Source: Sarea resinae
Lineage: Eukaryota
Assembly: GCA_026026165.1 (NCBI GenBank)
Contig: JAPEUD010000003.1
Location: 682,001-719,044, forward strand
Reading direction: 5' to 3'
DNA: 37,044 bases
Shown: piece by piece, positions 1 to 10,205 of the stretch
Position numbering within the stretch: the first letter of the stretch is position 1
How the letters are laid out: every line of letters begins with the position of its first letter
Notes under the pieces: model-generated
Seen by the model: the letters and a program-made list of their open reading frames with translations, nothing else
Databases searched by the model: none
Told to the model about the DNA's origin: nothing
Made by a program: the position numbers and the translations under genes

Positions 1-467
1 AGGAGTGAGCGATGAGAACAAAAAATTACAAGGTTCGATTCAGACATCGGGATATTCGGACACCTTATCCCCGCTGCCGCAGTCGATACAGGTTTTCAGG
101 TAGGAATAAAGGCGCCGCCAAAATGCAGGTGGTAATGATGGAGGAAACAAAGAGAAGACGAATGGGTTCCCACATATAAGGGGTCGATTACGTATAGCAG
201 GTGCTGTGTTTGAGATCCGAGTGGCCGGGTAGTGCCCAGTCATTCTGGTCGGACGGATGTGACGTGAGAGCATGAAGTGATCATGAAGCCCGTGAGAATG
301 ATGAATGCTATGATCCAGCTTGGCGATATTCGCGTCGACGCTGTCGAATTTCCCAGACGTAACCACGGCGTATATGACAATTCGTGGGAAGATGGCGGGC
401 TACCCGGCGTGATGATGCTCGAAGATGGCCCGCTTATTGCCAATGGGCTGATCTTTCTTCTCCTCCG

Positions 468-2849
468 TCATCGTGCACCCTTGCTCGTCGATCTCTCCGG
501 ATTTGGACGAGGATTTGAACCAGCAGGACCGGGATTGTACTGAGCAGACGCCACGGCGTTCTCGAAGTCATGTTCGCGAAGCATGACCGCATATCGAGGA
601 TCCTTTAAGAATTTGGGAACCGAATCCTGCGATTGTGAGCTACTGGACGGCCTCATACAAAACAGAAAGATACATACGCTAGCCATTAACTTGAACACGG
701 AATTCTGCGCCTTGTCAAAGAGGTCGGCCACTTCGCGCAGGCTTTTGGACATGGCTTCATCATCACCTACAGCCCGGGTCATCCTACCGGCAAGGGCGTT
801 TCGCAAGCTATGATCTATGTTCAGCTCGCATGGAGAGCCAGGAGCTAAGAATGCATTGTAAAGGCCTGTGTCCAGTTAGTGACTGCTCATCATAGACCAT
901 GGAGCTAACGTACCATATGCCGCAGCTAGCAATTCCCGGATCAGATCAGCCCTTGGCTTGACCGTTTGGTCAATGGTGGCACTCTTGTAGTTCGCGGAAA
1001 ATTCCATCACGTCGAGATAGAATGAGAGGTTTTCCTCGCAGTGGGTATCCCGTAGAAATTCCCGGAAGAGCAGACGTAGTGCAGCATCATTCAAGATGAC
1101 GGTCATGCGGTTGGTGTTCGAATCGCGTTGCGACGCCTTGCCGTCTTGCTTGTAGAGGTCTCCATTTGGAGCTGCCTTCTCTGGCGCAATCCAACCGGCT
1201 ACGCGCTGCCCCTTGTCGGTGAGCGTATATATCGCATTCTTCGTTGGCTGAAAATGAGTTGATGTCATGGGATTCTGACTCTTGTATGCCTTGTCCTCGA
1301 CAACGGGCCACATGAGCCCCATCTGCACAAACAGATCCGCCATCTCATACGTTTCTCTTCGATCAACAGTCGTACAGCAATCCATCAACCAATCAGCAGC
1401 GGCCCTGCCAGTAAAACTATTGTAAACAACTCTTTCACCAGTTTTATCCGAAATCTTGCGCCTCTCAGCGACTTTCACACCAACCAATCCATCGTAGAAC
1501 TCGCTAAGAGAATCGGAATCGGAAGCCGTCGTATTGGACTTGACATTTGCTCCACCTTGTCCAGCAAAACGGCGAAAGATGACCTCGATCGTTCCTCGGT
1601 CGTGCGATAGCTTATCGGTTACGATATCTCTTTCCAGTGTGACCAGCTGCATCGCGTTGCGCGGCGAGCTCAAAACTTCTACAACGTGGCGCTGGTTGAT
1701 GCCGTTCCGCTGGCAGAATCTTTCCAGAATATGCATTCCTTTCGGACTGAGCTGCCAAATTGCACCTCTGAGAGGAAACGTCGGGACCGGCTTCAAGTCC
1801 GCAGGCTCGATAAATCTCGCATCCAAGAATCGCTGGCAGACCGCACGGGCCATCTCTTTTGCCATTGAGAATGTTGTGGTTGTCGTCGTTGTGACTATCC
1901 GCGAATTGTCTTTCGGGTCTGGCATACGATTCGATTGAGAGAACTTGAGCGACCCCAGATTGGTGATGGCCTCCTCTGAAGAAAACGTATGATCGATCTT
2001 TTGAAAGCGCACACGATGAGCGGTTAGAGGCAGGCTGACCATCAAGGTCGAGAAGAGGTCTTTGAAGTCCTGGAATGCTGTTAGCTTCTAGAATGACATA
2101 ACTAAACTCGACCCCAATCGATCTCGGGACGGCATGTACACCCGTCGACATACCTTTGTAAAAGGCCTATCATCGGCCGTCATTCTCAGCAACCGCGACG
2201 ACGTTTGATGCATTTTGGTACTCGGCACAATGGTAGGAGTCCCTGGTCGAGAAGTTGGAACGCTTCGAGGAAAATTCTGGATTCTTTCGTCGCCTCGAGA
2301 GGTCCGGATCCGGAGATGGTCGTCTTCTCCGTCTGGGGCGCCGATTGCACTCGTCACTCCTGGATGGGTCTTGTGCAACGCTCCCGACCTCGGTAGCACT
2401 TGAGCTTGCGATGGGAGGCGAGAAACTGGCAATTCCGCCACCTGCTCCACTGCAACCGGAGCCGGGCGAGAATTTCGGGTTGCCCGTTCGTGGAGACTGC
2501 CCGACGACGAAATCGAGCGGAGAGAAGACTCGGAGGTGCTCGGGCGAGAGGTCAGGTTGGCGAGGGCACTCGAGAGCTTGTCGCGGCTCAGAGCCAGCAG
2601 AGACCGCTGGCCGTTATCAGAAGTCGGCGGCGTCAGTGGCTTCGCGATGGTCGGTGGATGGCGATAGCTCAGGGACAATTGGCGCAAGGACTCGGTGCTC
2701 GACGTCGCATCGACGGGAGAATCAAGTGGAGGGGTCGTTGCGGCAAAGACGGACTTGGAGCGTTCGTGGTTCAGGCGATGGAGGTCGGGAGGGCCGTGAT
2801 ATGGAGAGGCAGGTGGCGAAAGAGCAACAGAGGAGGCCAGAGGGTTCAT
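468..2849 (-). CDS. flbA: Regulator of G-protein signalling, FlbA/Sst2 family (two DEP-type regions + C-terminal RGS domain), about 732 aa, 4 exons
   Basis: Exons (minus) 2849-2154, 2069-914, 865-678, 626-468. Introns 2153-2070, 913-866 and 677-627 are all GT..AG; the first two have CTAAC branch sites. The joined frame is open (2199 nt) and contains FlbA-typical segments MHQTSSRLLRMTADDRPFTKDFKDLFSTL, TTTTTTTFSMAKEMA, FTGRAAADWLMDCCTTVDRRE, and RGS motifs LFREFLRDTHCEENLSFY and YNAFLAPGSPCELNIDH. Start is the first in-frame ATG (2849); internal ATG 2213 is an alternative. Confidence 0.95.
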
Positions 2850-3283
2850 GATGCTATATGTCGGAAGAAGCGTCACAGAGCCCGACCCACATGCGAGCCA
2901 GGGGGTGGTCGTCGATCGGCCACGCGATGAGCTGAAGGTGATTAAATGGGGACTGCTAAGATGATGGCAGAATGATGAGCAATTTTGGGCCGAGCAGGGA
3001 GGGTTAAGTTTAGTAAGGTCGGTGTCAAGTGAGTAAGGTATGTATGTAAGAGTGGGAACAGCAACGACACGAATTGGGCGGGAGATGACGGATGAGTCGA
3101 TTTCCCTCGCGGTCTCTCGTTTTCTCCCTCTCTCTCGTGTCTCATTTCAGAGAGATGATGGGCGATGGGGGACGACTAATACTAGAGGCACAAAAGGCCG
3201 TAACAGCCGGCCGGGGCTGAGCGACAGAAGAGCGACAGAAGAACGAACGGGCGCGAACGAGTGTGTCAGGCAGAGACAGGGAC

Positions 3284-3331
3284 GGGCGGGGGGGGGGGGG
3301 GGGAGGAGGGGGGAAGGGGGGGGAGGGGGGG
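3284..3331 (-). promoter_or_regulatory. Poly-C/pyrimidine-rich tract (G-run on + strand) about 440 bp upstream of flbA; probable core-promoter/TSS-associated CT-rich element
   Basis: Seen: gggcggg(g)13 aggagggggg aagggggggg aggggggg on +. The promoter role is inferred from the general association of CT-rich tracts with fungal transcription starts. Confidence 0.45.
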
Positions 3332-5756
3332 CAGAAGAGAGACTTTAACTCAGAAGAGGATAGGATCGATGCCCACGTTAGAGTTAGCACGTTAGCCCTG
3401 CTAGCAGTTCGAGTACCCTGCCTGGCTAAGGCAAGTCGTCGTGATCCTGTCGAGCAATAGTCGGAGGAGGAGTAATAGTGCTAGGAGGTGGTATCCGTAC
3501 CTTGATGGAGTACTCGTACTCACCCTCTGGCGTACAGTACGTGGTACTCCGTAGTCCTCTGCGCGCACTCTTCCCCGTACGAATACATCCCATTCACACC
3601 TGCACACTTTCACACATTCCCCCTTCTACACGGCTTGCCTGGTCGTGCCGCTCGTCGCATGCCATGTACGACGTTGGTACGCAGCACTACTTCGGCCCAG
3701 GTCGATAGGACCGTGGTGTCCTCATCAACACGGCACGCCCAGCACACTAGAAGAGACGAGGACGGGCCATCCCTCCGCAAGGGGCCAAGGAGGAAATGGC
3801 TTGGCCAGGTGTACCTTGGTTGTAGAGCGGTTGGCGGCGAACAGGGCGGTCTTAGTACCATCCAGGTACCGCCATGTAGCGGCTACAGTACGCAGTACTC
3901 TACTTGTCCGCGAAGTGTATTGCAGATCGCATTGGATCAGTCAAGCTACGGGCCAGAACAGATGAAGCGCCTCGGTCTACATACCTTAGGCATGGTCGGT
4001 CTCTCATCTCATTTCGAACTCGACATGGACCTGGAAACGCATCCAAAGGACGCGGGCGAGAAGGGCAGAGCACCCCGAGGGCGCTGATCGACTTCGTCGT
4101 AGATATGGCAGGGATGCTTTCGTGAAGAGCGATCGTGTCTGGCACCCGACCGATCAGAAGCGGTGTGGAGAGCCATGTGTTCTAGCCGTCGTGCGGTCCC
4201 ACCCGGCACCCAGCAGAGGTCGCCCGTCCTTACATAGTAGAAGTACATATCCTCCTCGACAGCACCGTCGGGTACGGCCTCACCTACGAATCCAAAGTAC
4301 CCTTGGAGTCGACGCATCGCCAGTGGCAGTCCAAAGGCTTTCATTGATGGACTGCTGATGATGGCCGTGATGGGGCGAGGGGGCATGGCAACTACTCGGG
4401 AGTATCTGATGGCGTCTGGCAATTGTGATGATCCTTCCAATTCTACCGCATTGACGAGGGCGGGGTGCTGACCCTCCTGATCTCCGGATGCCTGCTCTGC
4501 CATGTGCACCGATGCAGCACTGTGCCGATGTTGTGCAACCAGCAACGCATGGACCACGCTGGAACAGAAAGTCCCGTCGATTAGCTTTAGTCTTTGGCAG
4601 ATCGAGCTTGGCCTGCTCCACCCGAGAAGAAGCAATATCGAAATAGAAATGGGAAATTGGAAATTACGAGAAGAGAAGATACAGTACAACGGACGACATC
4701 GCCGAAGCCATCTGAAAGCAACCGGAAGAAGTAGAAGAAGAAGAAGCGACCATATTGCATCCATCTATGAATACCGTAAGGTATAGTGCCTGAATTATGA
4801 GCCGGATCTCGTCTCCTATCTCGAACTACATATTCCGTAGAGAGTAAGGTAGACATGGCCACGCGTTTTGTGTCCGAAAGGCTTGCCGCAAGTGGGCCAG
4901 CTAACAGACAGATTCATCGTGGCTTCCCCTGCCTCGCATAGGACCTTCTGCGACTCTAAGGCATCCTGGATGACTTTTGGGCATTGCTCTAGACGAGCAT
5001 GAGGCTACTTCGTACGGTATCTTCGTACGTCGCCGTCAAATCCAACTCTTCTGGGCCGGCCTTGCGCACAGGTAACACGGGATAACGTGCTGACGGGGTT
5101 TGGTGTGTGTCTATGAGCGAACGTATCTTGTTCTCTGCAGATCGGCCAGCAGGAGACCGGACGAAGACCACGTTTTCTCACTCTGCGCGGGACGGCGGGG
5201 TTTAGTCTTCAGCCTCCCGGTACGGCAAGCACACGGTAAGGGAGGAGATGGATGATGGGGAGTCCTTCGTACGTGCCCCCAACGTGGCAGGACTGAAGTA
5301 CACTGTACATGCGAATGGCTTTCTACCGACGCCAACGTCCAGGTCGGCCTCAGTTGCCTTGGCGATGCTGCCTCACGACGATCACCAATATTATGGCATT
5401 ATGAACTGTCCGACAGGGTTTCTGATACCGGAGATGGCATATGAGTGATGCCAAGAGGGAGGTGAGCAGGCGGTTGACAGGCTGATCCTATCGAATTGCC
5501 ATCATTGGCCGTGCAGAGCAGTCCGAGGTCCAGCGGTAGAGGTACTTTGGAGATACCTGTGCCTCGACTCGACTCGGCCCTCTGCACCTTCGTACTGTCA
5601 AGTTCTCTATCGAGCGCGGTAGCAACCGTGGATACTCCCGGAGAACTTCCCACACGGGCAATTGAATACCTAGTACGAGTACGAGCAAGGTACTCGTAGC
5701 TTCAACGGTTGCATGATGCATCAGACCACGTGCTGCAGGGAGAGCAATCGCTGCTG

Positions 5757-5792
5757 AGTGTCCCTAGTGTCCCTAGTGTCCCTAGTGTCCCT
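5757..5792. repeat. Tandem repeat (AGTGTCCCT)x4
   Basis: Four perfect 9-bp units read directly, followed by a degenerate copy (ttagtgtcc). Confidence 0.95.
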
Positions 5793-8263
5793 ACCTTAGT
5801 GTCCTTGGTGTCGCACGCGAATCGAGACCCGCTCCAGCCAACAAATGTGGGACGCCATATTCCTCCCCTACTACGTAGCAGAGTATCTTGCTGACTTGAC
5901 GGCATGTTTCTGATCTCGAGCGTCAGATTGAAACAGGCACGGAACAGGAGTCTGATGCGGATGGTCCTGGCCATTGGGTACTACGTAGTACATGGGCGGC
6001 CGACACCCTGCGACCATGCTTGCCGTGGCTTGGCTCCGGTGCATGGCTCGAGTCCCCCGGCCATTCTTGTCAGACGTCAGACCCCATCAAGATGCTCTAG
6101 ATACCTAGTAGAGTCCCCTTGGCGGCTGCAGCGCTTTGAAAGAGAATGGTGCACGTGTGCATGCCAAGCCACGCGAGAAGGAAGGGATCGAAATTGGCTC
6201 TTTTCTTCGCCTCCAATCATGACCGCCGAGGGGCGCAGCCATTCTGACTGATCTTTTCTCCATGGGCCAAAGGAGGGAGTCCAGGGGGCCGCCTTGCGAC
6301 GCCCTTCCTTGCAAGCGGTGCGGAAGGAAGGTAGAGTCACGGGTACTCCGTACTGTGACGACTTTGATGGGAAGGTACCTGAGCCATTTGAGGAAACGCA
6401 ACCAAAACGGTTGCAGATCCCTCCAGGCTGAGCCCCCGATTAGTCGCAATCTCCGGGGTTCGGTAAGGAAGGCTGAAATCACCGGCAAATGTGACCCTTG
6501 CTGTTCTGAATGGATCTCACAAGCCGTTTCGGGAAGGCTTCCGGAAATTTCTATGGTCTATTCCCGTAATCGCAAGGCGAGACATTCCGAAACGACAGCT
6601 CGAAACGACGATTCGAAAGGGAAACTCTTCGGAGTTACGGAGTAACGGCAGCCAACCACCAGTCACCAACTGGGTAGGCAACCACGACCGTCGACGAAGA
6701 AATAGTCCGACCCCACATCGTATTGATCCATGTCGCTGCCACGCGATCAGACGAATCTGTTCCAGCCCATAGGTACAATATGTTGACGACGCGGCCTTAG
6801 CATCTCAGCCAACGGCAGGGGTGACACGTTTCTGTTCCAGTTCCAAGGAGAGCGAGAGGAAGCGGCGTATGGACAAACTATCTACGAACGTCTCTCCAGC
6901 AGCACATCAAAATGAAGCTGCCAATGATGTTGATTTGCTGTCTTCGACCTTGTTCTGGCATGTCACAATGAAATATCACAAATGCCTATCGCAAGGGATG
7001 TGTCTGATTGATAAGGACAAAGCGATTGAGCTTTCTCCGTCATTCTACTCTGTACAGCCCGAGTAATTAACTTGATTCGTGCCACCTACTTTCCAGGCTT
7101 ACTTCTCTTCCCGTCCGAGATCCGTTGATGACGAGTCGTGAGAGCCCTCATCTCGCCTACGGCCAACACACATTTTCGGCAGTCTCGGATTGACCTACCT
7201 TCGGGGACTGCTCGTACGGACGATGCGGACTCACTTCGACTAGATGTTTTCTAGCATATCATCATGTCTCATGATTGTTTGTCCCTTGGAGGCGGTGTGC
7301 TCAACTCGTCAGAGCCAGCCAAGGGGCTCAATCATTGGCATTGTAGGAGCTGCAGGATTATGTGGCTGCCGCGTGGAAAAGGCTGGTGAGAAGGCCACGA
7401 CCGTCGTTGATGCAAGGGACAACGAACTTTCCTTCCACGTCAAGGTTTCCGGTCTAGAACCTTCGTGGCTATCTATCTGCTTCATCTTCATAATATCGAC
7501 CGCCTCTAAAGCTGCGAAAGGCATGCATGAGTGAAGTGGGAGTTTCAATAGGATGCTGATCGAAAGCGCTCCGCTGTCTGATAACAGTATTGTGTCCACC
7601 TAGCATCTACTGAGGTTGCCGTCTCAATTACTTACTCTTACTCGGTATTTTTGTTCGTGCCTACCTGAGTTTTATGTACGGCTCCGGGGCTAGAGATCAA
7701 GTCGATGATAGGTTCTGCCAGCCTTGAGGTTCGATGGAACATCTGATGAAAATGAATTACAGTGATAGTTCCTGATTATCTCGCTGAATCAGTGTTGCGT
7801 CAGTGGGCTGTCTTCTCTAGGCGTACTTAACTTTTAGGAAGAACCTACATGGCCGGCTAGTTACCATTCACGAGAGCAGCGTCGATAATTCGTCGTATAG
7901 AATTTGGCTCACTATGGACCAGACAGGGGTCGCTACCCTCCATAATACCGTAAGAGTTGTTTTGAACGTCTATGCTTTCAGGCCTGAAGTCATGATAGTA
8001 CAAGACTACCACTTTGGGCAGGCAGCAACAAATACTCAACAAGACTCGCACTTTCCTCAAAGGCGAGCAAGCTTGGCAATTATGTCGCGTACAAGATTGC
8101 GAGTCGCCATGAAGAGTTTCCGGTGGCAGAATCTCTCTCCTCCTGAATACCTTATCATGATCTCGATTGTTGCCATCATCATTATTTGCATCCGTGAAGT
8201 TTTCTATCATATTGAATCCCTCTTTGACTCGATTACAGCGCAACGCTGCGATTGGTGCTCAAG

Positions 8264-9721
8264 ATGCATTCCTCCTCTTCGCCCGAGACGAAGAGACCAG
8301 CACCTACAACGCTTCAGTCCTGGCCTCCCCGTTCCCGTCGCGACAAAAATGACCTCAGCAGCTCTCCACGGCATTCTCAAGTCTCGCCTTTTAGCACCCC
8401 TCAGTCGTTGGAGAAGTCGGGCCATCCACAGCTGTCGGAACTCGGTAGCCTTGGAACGCATCAAATGAGAAAAGCACCAGTCGAAGGCCCTCCGCCGAGC
8501 CGGACGAGGAAGACTGTGCCTTTACTTACTGCGCCTATTTCAAAAGTCTTACGATTCCCCATGAATGAAGGACGTGATGGTTTGTTGACGAAGAATGACG
8601 ACAGGCCGCCACGGGCTCCTCATTTGGGATTCGAGTGGGTGCGCGAGACCTCAGGGCGTTGGCGCGAACGCAAAGAACGCTTCCGAAGGAAAAGTCGAAA
8701 GGGAGGTTCATCCGATCAAAATTCGTCGGACGTATCACTGGGGTCTGAATCCGGCGGTATTCCTCACATCAGTATCCTCCCTCTTGCAGATTGCGCAAGT
8801 AATGAGCCCATGGCCGCTCGTGATCGTCCGTTGGACCTACTACTACCGGTGGCGAGTCATAGCCCCAACAATTTTTGTTCCGCGGACTCGAAGCCTTCTG
8901 GACGGTTGCGTGACAAGGAAGGACTGGTTGGCCGCTCCAAACGGATGTTCAAAGACCATCTACGTCGCCCTGATTCAGCAGCATCTTATAAGGTCGACTA
9001 TACTGCTACAAAGATGACTAATGCAACGGGGCTCGTCCTAAGCAAGGCAGCTAGCTTCCTACATACGCTGCAAGACGACAAAACCCGCTCAAAGGTGCGC
9101 TCCCTAACCTCGAGCGATAAAACGATCTCCAGCTCCTCTCGCGATGGATTATCGACCTCCGGCTCCTCGAGGGAAGCGCGTGGATTCAGGCTTCCGGCTC
9201 GCAAGTCTCCAGCCATGTCCACATCGAGTTCTATCTGGCAGGTCATGATTGGAAAACCCCCAGTGAACACACCAAATCCCGAAGCGCTATATGGTACTAA
9301 GAACAATAGCAGCGAATATTTCAAGGTCGAACTTGCAGATCCCGATGGCCCTACGTTCTTGCCATCCGAAGCACGACGCGTTGGCACCCCTCCACTTCCC
9401 TCAGACCGGCCACGGAGGGGGAAACCGAGGGGGTTTTTCTTCGACTACAGCCCGCCTGGTGGCGGCAAAGGACCAGTTTCAGATATTGATAATGAGGCAC
9501 CACAAGCTGCTGAACGAAATAAGGCGACGTCAGAATCGAAGGATTGGTATAGTGTGCGCATGGACGCAGAAGAGGCCATGCACGAAACAAATCTTGACTT
9601 TGATCTCAATGTCCCTGAGCATTTGCCTGGGAGCCCTCTTTGTCCGCAGAGTCTCATGCATAGCAGTGGCGGTAAGGGAATTTGTGTCTATCATGGCAGA
9701 CGGCGCGACAGTCGATTATAA
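8264..9721 (+). CDS. Uncharacterised Ser/Pro/Arg-rich fungal protein (about 485 aa) with C-terminal His/Cys motif
   Basis: 1458-nt uninterrupted ORF from the first ATG at 8264 (ORF track begins at TTG 8252). Low-complexity, probably disordered sequence with islands GFEWVRETSGRWRER, PTFLPSEARRVGTPPLP, GFFFDY and PEHLPGSPLCPQSLMHSSGGKGICVYHGRRR. I recall similar motifs in hypothetical Pezizomycotina proteins but cannot verify this. True 5' end uncertain. Confidence 0.75.
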   Translation: MHSSSSPETKRPAPTTLQSWPPRSRRDKNDLSSSPRHSQVSPFSTPQSLEKSGHPQLSELGSLGTHQMRKAPVEGPPPSRTRKTVPLLTAPISKVLRFPMNEGRDGLLTKNDDRPPRAPHLGFEWVRETSGRWRERKERFRRKSRKGGSSDQNSSDVSLGSESGGIPHISILPLADCASNEPMAARDRPLDLLLPVASHSPNNFCSADSKPSGRLRDKEGLVGRSKRMFKDHLRRPDSAASYKVDYTATKMTNATGLVLSKAASFLHTLQDDKTRSKVRSLTSSDKTISSSSRDGLSTSGSSREARGFRLPARKSPAMSTSSSIWQVMIGKPPVNTPNPEALYGTKNNSSEYFKVELADPDGPTFLPSEARRVGTPPLPSDRPRRGKPRGFFFDYSPPGGGKGPVSDIDNEAPQAAERNKATSESKDWYSVRMDAEEAMHETNLDFDLNVPEHLPGSPLCPQSLMHSSGGKGICVYHGRRRDSRL

Positions 9722-10205
9722 ACGATACCTATTGCTATACCTCCCTTACTAAAGGATCGTGGGAATGAATATGTCTTAAAGAGCGCTCATATACATTAAG
9801 TAGCTCGAAATAAAAGGTGCTAAAAACCGCACGTTGGGATAGAATCGTGATTCCGGTCTATTGCTCTGAGATTGCTACTCCCGAGAAGGACAAGGGAGAC
9901 AAGACTGTCCTCGAGTCATATTGATAATCTTGTCTTTTCCTCTTCCTTCTCCCATACACAACACCAACATGGATGAAGTGCAGTTGTTATATTGCGCACT
10001 TTGTCGCTATCGCTAGCCGTAATATTTTAGATCAACTGCTGTGAAGACGACCACGATTATCAGAGAGCAATCAACTACCTATTCACTACTCTATCTCCCC
10101 ATAATCGCATCCTCCACTTGTTCATAGCTACATCCCACCGTGCGAAGGCGACTCTGGAATTGTGAGTCCCAGGCATCATCGCGTGCTCGAAAGCTCGCAG
10201 CAGTC

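Noticed and set aside
30..45. GGTTCGATTC resembling a tRNA T-loop/B-box
   Set aside because: No cloverleaf or paired T-stem around it.
4009..4764. 251-aa minus-strand ORF with hydrophobic N-terminus
   Set aside because: The hydrophobic start derives from a (CTT)-rich tract; no domain or family motif recognised, so not called a gene.
5757..5792. (TAGGGACAC)n read as an interstitial telomere-like or CRISPR-like repeat
   Set aside because: Only four units, no TTAGGG, no spacers and a eukaryotic context; an ordinary minisatellite.
7705..7790. TGATGA...CTGA resembling a C/D-box snoRNA
   Set aside because: Box spacing too short, no terminal stem and no recognisable rRNA-complementary guide.
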